A stretch of DNA of 64,000 bases from Candidatus Poseidoniaceae archaeon. Its GTDB lineage: Archaea; Thermoplasmatota; Poseidoniia; Poseidoniales; Poseidoniaceae. Below, in pieces: positions 9,392-18,440 of this stretch. Location: contig JAOMOG010000007.1 of the NCBI GenBank assembly GCA_028353405.1, forward strand, positions 755-64,754, in the 5' to 3' direction. The notes under the pieces were generated by a model that ran no database searches, had not been told where the DNA came from, and saw only the letters and a program-made list of their open reading frames with translations. The position numbers and the translations under genes are program-made. Each line of letters starts with the position of its first letter. Positions within the stretch are counted from its first letter, which is position 1.

Positions 9392-10255
9392 TCACCTTCT
9401 AGTTGTAAATTTCCTAACCAATGTCCTCAATTTATTACCGATTTCTTCAGTTAGGATATTTTCCAGTATTTTGCTATCTATAAATTCATAAGAATCGTCG
9501 ACAGACATTCGTTCTCCCTTTGCCCAAACTTGGCCTAACACGTTAGACCGATGTTCTTCTGGCACCGAAGGGTCGTCAAGAATATCTCTTGCAGCATATT
9601 TGTACTCCAAATATTTTTGACGGTTGAGTCTCTTCTCTTGCTTTTGTCGTCCACCGCCTTTCTTAGCATGTGGGCGTCGTTTTTTACGACGGTCATTTGT
9701 CGCTTTAACTTGAGTCTCCTCAACGATTTTAAAAACATTTAATTGTGATACTGCAGGTTTAGAAACAGTGTCAGTGACTGCTGAAAAACTTTCAATTTCA
9801 ACCTTAGCTTCTACTAATTTCACTTCCGCAACTACCTCGGTCGCAGAAACTTCTTCGACCTTATGCTGCTCTGCATTCAATTTTGAAGCAGCAGATTTCT
9901 TACGTAACTCAGCAAGGCGATCTGCTCTTGAAGATACCTTTTCAGAGGGTTGCTGTTTTTGGTTACTGTTTGAAATTCCAGCGGCAGGAGTTGCTGGAGT
10001 ATTTTCTACGTTAGCAACAGGAGATGGTTTAGTTTCAGACATCCGACTGAGCGCTTCTTTACGCTTCTTTTCTAGATCGCTCAAGCCAACATCTTTGCCT
10101 GTTTGAGGTGTATTAGTTGGTGCTTTAGCAGCGGTTGTACGAGTGATTTGAACGCGTTGGTTGTGCTTCTGATTCCTCACTGCACCGGCATCCGGGGCAA
10201 ATGGGTTATCGGGGTCGCCCTTCTTCTTTCTACGCTCGATAGTTGTCTCCCCCAA
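9392..10255 (-). CDS. Hypothetical basic, low-complexity protein with a conserved-looking C-terminal ~90 aa
   Basis: Lys/Arg/Ala/Thr/Pro-rich disordered N-terminus. The C-terminus reads KYLEYKYAARDILDD...VWAKGER...ILENILTEEIGNKLRTL. It lies between slyD and kae1 on the same strand. Confidence 0.4.
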   Translation of the reverse strand: MGETTIERRKKKGDPDNPFAPDAGAVRNQKHNQRVQITRTTAAKAPTNTPQTGKDVGLSDLEKKRKEALSRMSETKPSPVANVENTPATPAAGISNSNQKQQPSEKVSSRADRLAELRKKSAASKLNAEQHKVEEVSATEVVAEVKLVEAKVEIESFSAVTDTVSKPAVSQLNVFKIVEETQVKATNDRRKKRRPHAKKGGGRQKQEKRLNRQKYLEYKYAARDILDDPSVPEEHRSNVLGQVWAKGERMSVDDSYEFIDSKILENILTEEIGNKLRTLVRKFTTRR

Positions 10256-10305
10256 GTATGCGGCGTAGCCGACCCCATAAAACGGTTAGCGTTACAACCG
10301 TGCCC

Positions 10306-11316
10306 TCACGCCCAACTAATTGGGGTTTGGTCAGTTCGTAAATACTGGTCTATAGCACTTTCAGCGTATGTCGTAATTCTGCCATTTTGTAATTCCAAAA
10401 ATCCTAATTTTGCAATCATTGTTCCGTTGTCAATACAGTACATTCGCGGAGGTGCGAATGAAATTGATTCACGTTCTTCGGCCATTAATTCACACATTTT
10501 ACGTAATCGCATGTTGCATGCAACCCCGCCCCCGAGTAACAGTTCCGATTTCCCTGTATGAGCCATTGCACGTTCCGCAACTTCTACACATGCAGAGAAT
10601 GCATGCTCCTGTAGCGACCAACATACTGCGCCGAGAGATTTACCTGAATCAAGTAATCTCTGAGCTGCTGTCATGACTCCAGAGAAGGCCAAATCCATCC
10701 CTCTAACGGCATATGGCAATTCTAAACCATCCATGGATGGGTTTGGGTTTTCAGCAAGCCATTGAGCGGCTAATTTCTCAATCACTGGCCCACCCGGGAA
10801 TGGTATTCCCTGGGTGCGTGCGAATTTGTCAAGCATATTGCCAATACCAATATCGAGTGTTTCACCTAATACGCGATATCGCCCCTCTAGTCTTGCAATA
10901 ACTTGGGTATTTCCTCCTGAAACATATAATAATACTGGGTCAACACAACCGCATTGATCTCTGCCGATTTCAATATGCGCAACACAATGGTTAACTCCAA
11001 TTAATGGGATTCCAAGTCTGCTAGAAATGCCTCTCGCAATAGCAGCGCCTACTCTTAAGCAGGGTCCTAAACCAGGGCCCTGTGAATATGCTACTGCACC
11101 TATATCAGTGATACTTAGTTCATTCTGTAAAAGTAATTTTCCAAGTAGGACCGAAGCAACTTCCTTGTGATGATCTGCTGCTTCACGTGGGTGAATTCCC
11201 CCCTCGTCTGGGCTAACTGTATCGGAGCAAGATGGAAAGGGAGTGCCACTAGGATCAGTCAATCCAAATGATAGTGTGTGAGCCGTTGACTCAATCCCAA
11301 GGGTCCATTTATCCAT
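10306..11316 (-). CDS. kae1: tRNA N6-adenosine threonylcarbamoyltransferase Kae1 (KEOPS catalytic subunit)
   Basis: LGIESTAHT..., the His pair VNHCVAH, and GGVACN. No Bud32 fusion is present. The ORF extends to 11352, and MDKWTLGIES fits the family start. Confidence 0.85.
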   Translation of the reverse strand: MDKWTLGIESTAHTLSFGLTDPSGTPFPSCSDTVSPDEGGIHPREAADHHKEVASVLLGKLLLQNELSITDIGAVAYSQGPGLGPCLRVGAAIARGISSRLGIPLIGVNHCVAHIEIGRDQCGCVDPVLLYVSGGNTQVIARLEGRYRVLGETLDIGIGNMLDKFARTQGIPFPGGPVIEKLAAQWLAENPNPSMDGLELPYAVRGMDLAFSGVMTAAQRLLDSGKSLGAVCWSLQEHAFSACVEVAERAMAHTGKSELLLGGGVACNMRLRKMCELMAEERESISFAPPRMYCIDNGTMIAKLGFLELQNGRITTYAESAIDQYLRTDQTPISWA

Positions 11317-11374
11317 CGCGCTCAGACAGTGCTCATGGCTATGGTTCTTCAACCCTCACGCATAAGCCCCACCA

Positions 11375-12655
11375 ATGCGAACCATATTGTTGGACCTTGG
11401 GCCGATGGCCCACCTCTCTGGAAATGGTTCTTTGAAGGGTGCAGATATTTCTGATTCTGAGTTATTGACAAGTCCTGCTGGAAAGGGAATTGTTATAGAA
11501 GACGGCATAATTGTAAAAATTGATGATTCAAAATCTCTAGAAGATGAGTATGGTAGTGAAAATATCCACCACTCTAAATCAGATAACTTGGAAAATAAAA
11601 TTTATTCATTGAAAGGGAAGGCAATAATTCCAGGTCTAGTAGATGCGCATACTCATTTGTTGTGGTCAGGAGATCGCTCTAGAGAAGTGTCGTGGCGTCA
11701 GCAGGGGCATTCTTATTCCGATATCGCTTCAATGGGTGGAGGTATAGTTTCCACAGTTGAAGCAACACGTAATTCAACACAAGCGGAATTGGTAGAATTG
11801 GGTTATAAGCGCTTGAGGGGGGCTTTTAGAAATGGTTCAACTCACCTAGAAGTAAAAAGTGGATATGGATTATCTACTGAATCTGAATTAAAGTTAATCG
11901 CCGCAGCGAATGAACTCTCTAGAATGAATCACCTCCCGAGTATTGACCAAACTTGGTTAGGTGCGCATGCTACTCCGAAGGGTTACTCGAGGAGTGATTA
12001 CGTAGAAGAAATATTGAGTGAACAATTACCTGCTGTATTAGAACAAGGACTTGCCCGTTCTGCTGATGTATTTTGTGAGCCAGGGTGGTTTACAATTGAA
12101 GAGAGCGAAGACATTCTAAAACAATCTAAACAAGGAGGTCTCGATTTGAGAATGCATATTGACGAGTTTACCGATGGCGGCGGTGGTGACTTAGCTGCTG
12201 AATTAGCAGTAACCAGTGCAGATCATTCCCATTACACTTCCACGGATGCTAGGATAAAAATGGAAGCGAACGGTGTCAATTGCGGATTTTTGCCAGGGAC
12301 ACCATACTCAATGGGAGAGCAATGGCCTGATTTTAACGAAATCACTGAACAACAATTTACTTGGTCTGTTGCTACAGATTTTAATCCCAATTGTCAAACA
12401 TTGAGTTTACCCTTTATCGCATCCATACTCGTACAACGTTGTGCAGTTTCACCTTTAGCAGCGCTAGTGGCTTGCTCACGTAATCCTGCTCAAACAACAC
12501 CACACCCATCGGGTGCGCGACACGGAGTTATTGAAGTGGGTGCAGTTGCAAACTTGAATGTCGTAGATGGGCCATGGTGGCAGGCTTGGTGCCAACAACC
12601 TGGAGATTCACCATTCCATGCTACTATGATTGAAGGTGATTTGATTTTCCATTAA
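11375..12655 (+). CDS. hutI: Imidazolonepropionase (HutI), amidohydrolase superfamily
   Basis: PGLVDAHTHL is the metal-binding HxH motif. Typical amidohydrolase His and Asp positions follow. The size is ~420 aa. Confidence 0.8.
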   Translation: MRTILLDLGPMAHLSGNGSLKGADISDSELLTSPAGKGIVIEDGIIVKIDDSKSLEDEYGSENIHHSKSDNLENKIYSLKGKAIIPGLVDAHTHLLWSGDRSREVSWRQQGHSYSDIASMGGGIVSTVEATRNSTQAELVELGYKRLRGAFRNGSTHLEVKSGYGLSTESELKLIAAANELSRMNHLPSIDQTWLGAHATPKGYSRSDYVEEILSEQLPAVLEQGLARSADVFCEPGWFTIEESEDILKQSKQGGLDLRMHIDEFTDGGGGDLAAELAVTSADHSHYTSTDARIKMEANGVNCGFLPGTPYSMGEQWPDFNEITEQQFTWSVATDFNPNCQTLSLPFIASILVQRCAVSPLAALVACSRNPAQTTPHPSGARHGVIEVGAVANLNVVDGPWWQAWCQQPGDSPFHATMIEGDLIFH

Positions 12656-12738
12656 TTCAACACTATTGAATTATGAATAAATATATTTCAAAAAACAAAT
12701 AATATTAAATTAGTATAATAAATAATAAGGTGTAAATC

Positions 12739-13074
12739 ATGGTTGAAGCGATAATGGAAACTGTAGTTTGTTCACCAGCTCAGGGCAAAGACGCAAGATT
12801 TCTACGAATGCTCAATACGCGTCAAGAATTCAAAAGACAACAATCTGGTTGTCTTGCAGCATGGTATGCTAAATCTAGTGATGGTGAACCTTTGCTTCTT
12901 GTCCAGAGTGTTTTCGCCTCTAGGCAAGATTGGATCAATATTTCAAATGCAATTATTGAAACTCTTGATTCGCGAGATGGTGGATTAGATTCTTGCTTAC
13001 TCGGCCCTCCACTAGTAGGTGTATTTACAATCGAAACTGAAGATTTACAACTTAATCTTGAACAATCGCAATAA
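12739..13074 (+). CDS. Hypothetical small protein (111 aa), possibly a ferredoxin-like ABM/Dabb fold
   Basis: A GGTG RBS lies 8 nt upstream of the ATG. The sequence and size are loosely compatible with antibiotic-biosynthesis-monooxygenase-like proteins. The call is weak. Confidence 0.35.
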   Translation: MVEAIMETVVCSPAQGKDARFLRMLNTRQEFKRQQSGCLAAWYAKSSDGEPLLLVQSVFASRQDWINISNAIIETLDSRDGGLDSCLLGPPLVGVFTIETEDLQLNLEQSQ

Positions 13075-13095
13075 TCACTCTCAAACCGTGTAGTA

Positions 13096-13127
13096 TAATG
13101 TCGTATAAGGTAAGTTATACGACATTA
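13096..13127. repeat. Perfect 13-bp inverted repeat (TAATGTCGTATAA / TTATACGACATTA) with a 6-nt spacer
   Basis: Read directly from the sequence, about 22 nt after the stop of the ORF at 12739..13074. Confidence 0.7.
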
Positions 13128-13525
13128 GATTTATCTGGCAGCATGGAATAACTATCCTGGGAGTAAAAAATGGTGCGCAGTAGTGCTTTTAGCAAATAAT
13201 TGATGAGATGAATATTCAAAGAATTGCAAATATGCCCCTCTAATCCCCCCCTCAGAGGGTGCGTTATTAGAGAAATTCTGAAATTCTCAAAAAGGATGTC
13301 GAATAGTAGGGTTCAAGTCAATGATATGTCTGGAACATACTGAGTGAGATGGCAGTAGTTGAAGGATTTTGTTTGAAGTGTAAAACATATGGACCGATTA
13401 AAGATGGCCAATTATTCAAAATGTCTAATGGACGAACTAGAATGGGGGGTCTTTGCTCCCAACCTGGTTGTACTGGTAAGATTTCTAAGATCGTCAGCTG
13501 AATCGGAAATAGCATACCGAATCCG

Positions 13526-13534
13526 TTTAATATA
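13526..13534 (+). promoter_or_regulatory. Candidate archaeal TATA box (TTTAATATA) about 26-34 nt upstream of tRNA-Val
   Basis: An AT-rich TATA-like octamer at the expected distance from the mature tRNA 5' end. Confidence 0.4.
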
Positions 13535-13559
13535 GAGCCTAAGTGGCTCACTTTACCTA

Positions 13560-13635
13560 GGGCTCGTGGTCTAGGGGTTATGACGTCGCCTTGACATGGC
13601 GAAGATCGAGAGTTCAATTCTCTCCGAGCCCACCA
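13560..13635 (+). tRNA. tRNA-Val (anticodon GAC) with encoded 3' CCA
   Basis: Hand-folded cloverleaf. Acceptor GGGCTCG/CGAGCCC. D-arm with GG. Anticodon stem TCGCC/GGCGA with loop TTGACAT, giving U33 and anticodon GAC. T-arm GAGAG-TTCAATT-CTCTC. Discriminator A, then CCA. Confidence 0.85.
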
Positions 13636-13730
13636 GTATTTATTCTCATGTTTATGATTTCCTTGCTTTTAATTTCTAAAGACATTGTATTGTAATTGCT
13701 ATTCAGAAAGTGTTTATTGTTAAATCAGTA

Positions 13731-14102
13731 TTACTTAATATTTGTTAATTCCTCTGGATCGGGTAAGACTAATTCATCAGGGTCGACTCTACTCATTGGT
13801 CTTTCATCCTCTTCATCTACGGTGAAATCAGTTGAACCACCTTCCCAGTCCGTCACAGAATCTGATTCTTCAAACGACTCCACAGGAATCTGGTCTGCTC
13901 CAGGTGCTAACGAATATGAAGCTGGATCTATCGGTTGCGTTGGCGCTTCTTGCGAAGGCGGAGGTGCTTCTCTCTCTTCTAAATGGGCGCTAGAATGGAA
14001 TGTGCCACATTCAGCACATCGAACGCTACCAGACTTCTCAATACAACCACAAACAGGGCAAAATGATGTGCCGCGCAATGCATTTATTGGGTCGTCGGAC
14101 AT
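13731..14102 (-). CDS. Small zinc-ribbon protein with a hyper-acidic C-terminal tail
   Basis: CPVCGCIEKSGSVRCAECGTF is a CxxC...CxxC ribbon. The tail is D/E/P-rich. The start is taken at MSDDP, because the track start at 14126 overlaps the upstream gene. It resembles the N-terminal ribbons of the adjacent large protein. Confidence 0.5.
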   Translation of the reverse strand: MSDDPINALRGTSFCPVCGCIEKSGSVRCAECGTFHSSAHLEEREAPPPSQEAPTQPIDPASYSLAPGADQIPVESFEESDSVTDWEGGSTDFTVDEEDERPMSRVDPDELVLPDPEELTNIK

Positions 14103-14106
14103 GTAT

Positions 14107-15876
14107 TTACTCCAAGAACATCTCATCTTGGTATCCGGTTATTTCATCACCAGTACCGTCTTCCTTGATTGTAACAAGTTCGTCCTCGTCATCAAACTCA
14201 ATTATGGTTCCAAAGAATTCTTCCTCATCAACGGTGAGTCCAATATGAGATCCGATGTCAATATCATCCTCTTCGTCATCTGAATCATCTCCTTCTTCGT
14301 CATCTGAGTCATCTTCTTCGTCACCGGAATCATCATCTCCTTCATCTTCAGAGATTTCTTCATCGCTAACAGAATCATCCTCTACTTCTTCATTAGAGTC
14401 TGAATCCCCTTCATCTTCGTCATCCGATGCTTCCTTTGCATCTTCAGTATCAGATTCAACTTCTTTCATAGCCCTGACACGTGCTCTCCAACCTTTGGCT
14501 AATACAAGGTGTGTAAACATAGAACCACCCATTGCAATAGCTCCGATCAGAATAAAGATAATACCATCTGTATAGAATCCCTTAGGCATGGATGATGCTC
14601 CATTTTCACCAGAGAATGGTGTTAATGAATTAGCACACCCATCGGCTTGAACATCACTGTCACAAGAGTAAATTTCTCCTTCATTAATTCCTTCAAAGCC
14701 CATTCCATACTTGCTATCTAGTTCGATTGACCCTCCAGAACCGTCTACTGGTCCAAGATATCCGTTTACTACCCAAGCAAGAATAAAGATAAACAATGCT
14801 CCGTGGATTAGTGGCCACCAAACATCATTCCATTTCTTTGACATCATAGAAGATTGTATTGCTGAAGGGAATTCTTTAGGAGGCTTTTCTGAGTCTTCAT
14901 CTTCTTGAGACTCAATAGCAGAAATGAATTCGATTATGTCAATATTTCCATCTTTATCTGAATCCAAAGACTCAATGAAATCAGAAATACTTGTTTGGCT
15001 AATCTCTTCATCCTCTAGTAGTTCTCCAATGGTATTTGCAAGTTCTTCACTGCTAACATATTTGTCACCATCTTCATCTAATACATGGAAAATGTCTGCT
15101 GGATTAGCCTCTTTCTCATCCATGACATTAATCAACATTTCAAGGATATCAGCGGGATTATGTTGCTTTGGAGCAGATTCGCCATCTGCTTCGGAATCAT
15201 CTTCTTCAGTTTCTTCTTCAGAATCGTCTTCTTCTTCAGAATCGTCTTCTTCTTCTGAATCATCATCTTCTTCAGTTTCTTCTTCTTCTTCTGAATCATC
15301 ATCTTCTTCAGTTTCTACTTCAGAATCATCATCTTCTTCGGTTTCTACTTCAGTTTCTACTTCGGAATCATCTTCTTTTTCGTCAGCAGAAGATACGTAT
15401 TCTGCGCCAGTAACGGATGTTTCTAATTCCGCTAAGTCTATTTTTCCATCACCGTCAACATCTATTTGCTCAATCAATCTTTCAATTTGTGATGGAGGGA
15501 GATCTGCTAGATTTAGGCTCAAAAGACCCTGTCGTAATTCATCAGAGTCGATCATTCCGTCTCCGTTAGTATCGAATTTCTCAAATAATGAGGATATGCT
15601 TAAGCCAGTGTTAGCTAGCCATTTTCGTAATACATCCATCACATCATCAGCAACAAAAATAACACCGCATTTTACACAACTAGATGATTCTAGAGGTACT
15701 AGAGTTCCACAAGCGCCACATTCACCTAGAGCATCTTCGGAAAGTCCCGAAAACTTGATTTTACATTCTGAACATTCGCTAGAATCACTTGGAATTACCG
15801 CACGGCAATTCCCACATTCTGCCATTGAGATTTCATCATTCTCTGTCTCGGTCATTGTCACACCTATATATGCCAA
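14107..15876 (-). CDS. Membrane-anchored hyper-acidic protein with two N-terminal zinc ribbons, four EF-hand-like Ca-binding loops and two TM helices
   Basis: Zinc ribbons: CGNCRAV...CSECK and CGACGT...CVKCG. EF-hand loops: DTNGDGMIDSDE, DVDGDGKIDLAE, DEDGDKYVSSEE and DSDKDGNIDIIE. TM segments: WWPLIHGALFIFILAWVVNGY and GIIFILIGAIAMGGSMF. There are long poly-D/E/S repeat blocks. Confidence 0.6.
   Translation of the reverse strand: MAYIGVTMTETENDEISMAECGNCRAVIPSDSSECSECKIKFSGLSEDALGECGACGTLVPLESSSCVKCGVIFVADDVMDVLRKWLANTGLSISSLFEKFDTNGDGMIDSDELRQGLLSLNLADLPPSQIERLIEQIDVDGDGKIDLAELETSVTGAEYVSSADEKEDDSEVETEVETEEDDDSEVETEEDDDSEEEEETEEDDDSEEEDDSEEEDDSEEETEEDDSEADGESAPKQHNPADILEMLINVMDEKEANPADIFHVLDEDGDKYVSSEELANTIGELLEDEEISQTSISDFIESLDSDKDGNIDIIEFISAIESQEDEDSEKPPKEFPSAIQSSMMSKKWNDVWWPLIHGALFIFILAWVVNGYLGPVDGSGGSIELDSKYGMGFEGINEGEIYSCDSDVQADGCANSLTPFSGENGASSMPKGFYTDGIIFILIGAIAMGGSMFTHLVLAKGWRARVRAMKEVESDTEDAKEASDDEDEGDSDSNEEVEDDSVSDEEISEDEGDDDSGDEEDDSDDEEGDDSDDEEDDIDIGSHIGLTVDEEEFFGTIIEFDDEDELVTIKEDGTGDEITGYQDEMFLE
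15190..15400. repeat. Imperfect in-frame tandem repeats (~18-36 nt units) encoding the (E/D)-rich SEVETEEDDD repeats
   Basis: Visible repetition of units ttcagaatcgtcttcttc and tctgaatcatcatcttcttcagtttct(a/t)c within the CDS at 14107..15876. Confidence 0.6.
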
Positions 15877-15968
15877 ACAAACAATAGATATAATGCTTGA
15901 TGGAGTTTACTGTGACACATAGTAAATAGAGCGGTTACTTCATAGTATCATTTAAGGGAGGCTGGCTG

Positions 15969-16874
15969 ATGGAACAAGGACGACTATATACTGCAGAATT
16001 ATCCGACAATACTGCCTTATATCCTTGGCTCGACAAACAATTAGAAGTCTCACAGCAACAAGTATTGTTGTTTAGCCGCCAACCCCACAAACGTTTGTTA
16101 GAATACATTGATTTGGCCAAGGTTGAATCATATTGGCTATCTGACCGTACCACTGCTGGCGCAATTGCACCTAGTCTGGAAAAAATAGCTCACATTATCA
16201 CTTCTAAATTACCTAATGACCATGGATTGATAGTCATAGAAGGTCTTGAGTGGCTAGTGTCTTTACACGGCGAGGATGCTGTGCTGGCATTTGTTCGGCA
16301 AATTAGAGATGAATCGTATAAAAGTTCTTGGAAGATCATATTTCCGATAAATTGCTTAGTGTTTGATTCGGTTTGGTTAGCGCGATTGAGGAGGGAGGCA
16401 CCAGAATCAGATATTTTCTCACAAATGCAAGATGAAATTATTGAGTTCTATGAAGAGAAATCTGATACAAAAACCGATTCCAGTGAAGCAATAAAGATTC
16501 ATAATTTTCAGCAAATGCCTGGTGAAGATATTGAATTAGATACTAGAGAAGATGGATCTCCGAGGCTGGTAATGTTGACCCGATTACCTCGTAATGGATT
16601 TAGTAATTCAATCCTCACTCGCCGTATTTTACAGTGGAGAAGAATGGGTCTAGATGTTTCTGAAGTTGAACCCGCACTTACGATTATGGATGAAAACAAG
16701 GCTCACCAATTATATTCATCTGTTGAGGAGAAGGTTAGAAGGGCTGTTCAATTAGAAAACCACTTAGAAGCAATTTCCGATAATATCTCAGCCACTGAAT
16801 TAACTACTGCTAGATTCAGAATTAGGCAACTGACTGGCCTAGATGAACTTGAAAAATGGTTACTTACCTTGTGA
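15969..16874 (+). CDS. DUF835-like domain protein (archaeal), function unknown
   Basis: The core HGLIVIEGLEWLVSLHGEDAVLAFVRQIRDES...IIFPINCLVFD resembles the conserved block of DUF835. A C-terminal coiled-coil-like region follows. Confidence 0.4.
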   Translation: MEQGRLYTAELSDNTALYPWLDKQLEVSQQQVLLFSRQPHKRLLEYIDLAKVESYWLSDRTTAGAIAPSLEKIAHIITSKLPNDHGLIVIEGLEWLVSLHGEDAVLAFVRQIRDESYKSSWKIIFPINCLVFDSVWLARLRREAPESDIFSQMQDEIIEFYEEKSDTKTDSSEAIKIHNFQQMPGEDIELDTREDGSPRLVMLTRLPRNGFSNSILTRRILQWRRMGLDVSEVEPALTIMDENKAHQLYSSVEEKVRRAVQLENHLEAISDNISATELTTARFRIRQLTGLDELEKWLLTL

Positions 16875-18428
16875 TTAACGAGGTAGCCTGCCACATTCTG
16901 CTTCAATTCTAGCAAGCCAACCACCTTGCCACAACTGGTTAGCAATTTGTTTCAACTCTTTGCTTGTACTTCTGTCTCCATCAAGTGGTGGTGAAATAAC
17001 TCTAACTCTTTGCTTCAATGAGCGAACATGATCTGCAGGTTGTAGTTGTTCAAATTCTAATGCTTCACACGCGACAAACAATTCACATGCCAAAACCTCT
17101 GATAATCGCTCAGTAGCAAGCAGAAGATTCCAACAAGCAGTAGCACCCATGCTAACATGATCTTCTTGCCCTGCTGAGGTACTAGTAGAGAATGCTGAAC
17201 GTGGCATTGCATGACCATGTAACTCGGCCAAAGATGCACCTGCAACATATTGGACAATCATCAATCCCGATTCAAGACCAGAATTCTTTGCTAAGAACGC
17301 TGGCAGGTTACTCCTTGCTGGGTCGAGGATTTGGTCAATTCTTCGTTCACTAATAGATGCTAATTCAAAAAGTGCATGGGCCATGGAATCAGCACATAAT
17401 GCCAAAACTTCTCCATGAAAATTACCCTGTGAAATAACTTCGTGTGGCCCGGGGTTGGAAGGATCTGGAAATACCAATGGATTGTCTGTCGCACTATTCA
17501 ATTCTATATCCAATGTTTCTTGCAGTTGCATAAACCTCTGTAAAACAGCACCATGGACTTGCGGAGCGCATCTAAATGAATAAGCATCTTGAACTTGTTC
17601 ACAATGAATATGAGATTGAAGAATTGGAGAATCTTTCATTATTCTTCGTATCCGTGATGCTGTTGTCAATTGGCCGATGTGAGGGCGAGCCAGGTGGACT
17701 CTTTCATCAGCCGGCATCACACTTCCTTTCCTAGCTTCTAATGAACAACACATGATTATATCAGCGAGGGGTAATAATTGGCTAAGCCTTTGTTCAGCAG
17801 CAACTAAAAGAGATAACATTTGACTAGTTCCATTGATTAGAGATAATCCATCCTTAGCTCTCAATTGAATACCGATTAAGCCATTGGCGAGTAAGGCATC
17901 TCTAGTAGGGCCAACGCCTGTTTCTGTCAATACCTCGCCCTCTCCGATTAGTGAAAGAGCCATGTGTGATAATGGTGCTAAATCTCCACTAGCACCCAAA
18001 CTACCTATGCGTGGTATCGCTGGACAAATATCGTTATTGATGAAAGCAATTAGTTGATTAATAACATCGGGGTGTACTCCTGAACATCCCTTTGCAAGAG
18101 AATTAGCTCTTGTAACCATCATTGCCCTAACCAATTCCTTTGGCATGAACTCTCCCAATCCAGTGGCGTGTGAACGGATAAGATTTCTTTGTAAGTCTGC
18201 TAAATCTTCAACAGATATTCTTTCCTTGACCAATGCACCGAATCCTGTATTGATTCCGTAAACAGTTTCACCTCTCTCCAGTATTCCATCAATCACAGAT
18301 CGTGCTGCATTAATTTTGACCCATGAATCTTGAGGAATGGCAACAGATGCCTTTCCTTCAGCCACCATTTGCACTTCAGAAGAAGACAGAGTTTCTCCGT
18401 CGAGATAGATTGTATTGTCTTCTCCCAT
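16875..18428 (-). CDS. hutH: Histidine ammonia-lyase (HutH)
   Basis: The ASG triad in GASGDLAPLSH is the MIO cofactor-forming motif. The size of 517 aa is typical. Confidence 0.9.
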   Translation of the reverse strand: MGEDNTIYLDGETLSSSEVQMVAEGKASVAIPQDSWVKINAARSVIDGILERGETVYGINTGFGALVKERISVEDLADLQRNLIRSHATGLGEFMPKELVRAMMVTRANSLAKGCSGVHPDVINQLIAFINNDICPAIPRIGSLGASGDLAPLSHMALSLIGEGEVLTETGVGPTRDALLANGLIGIQLRAKDGLSLINGTSQMLSLLVAAEQRLSQLLPLADIIMCCSLEARKGSVMPADERVHLARPHIGQLTTASRIRRIMKDSPILQSHIHCEQVQDAYSFRCAPQVHGAVLQRFMQLQETLDIELNSATDNPLVFPDPSNPGPHEVISQGNFHGEVLALCADSMAHALFELASISERRIDQILDPARSNLPAFLAKNSGLESGLMIVQYVAGASLAELHGHAMPRSAFSTSTSAGQEDHVSMGATACWNLLLATERLSEVLACELFVACEALEFEQLQPADHVRSLKQRVRVISPPLDGDRSTSKELKQIANQLWQGGWLARIEAECGRLPR

Positions 18429-18440
18429 ATTACCACCACA

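Noticed and set aside
13318-13617. 99-aa minus-strand ORF in the non-coding tract
   Set aside because: Its start lies inside the tRNA-Val gene, and the sequence shows no motif or coding periodicity. It is most likely a chance ORF in AT-rich DNA.
14924-15922. 332-aa Ser-rich plus-strand ORF, and an 81-aa Leu-rich ORF at 15168..15413
   Set aside because: Both are antisense to the acidic-repeat gene 14107..15876. Their low-complexity poly-Ser and poly-Leu content is the mirror of the GAA/GAT-rich repeats, so they are spurious.
13560-16900. Possible integrated island at the tRNA-Val 3' end (tRNA, a long spacer, and odd acidic proteins)
   Set aside because: I found no integrase, no obvious direct repeat of the tRNA 3' end, and no clear compositional break by eye. 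I keep it only as a caveat under the findings, not as a mobile-element call.
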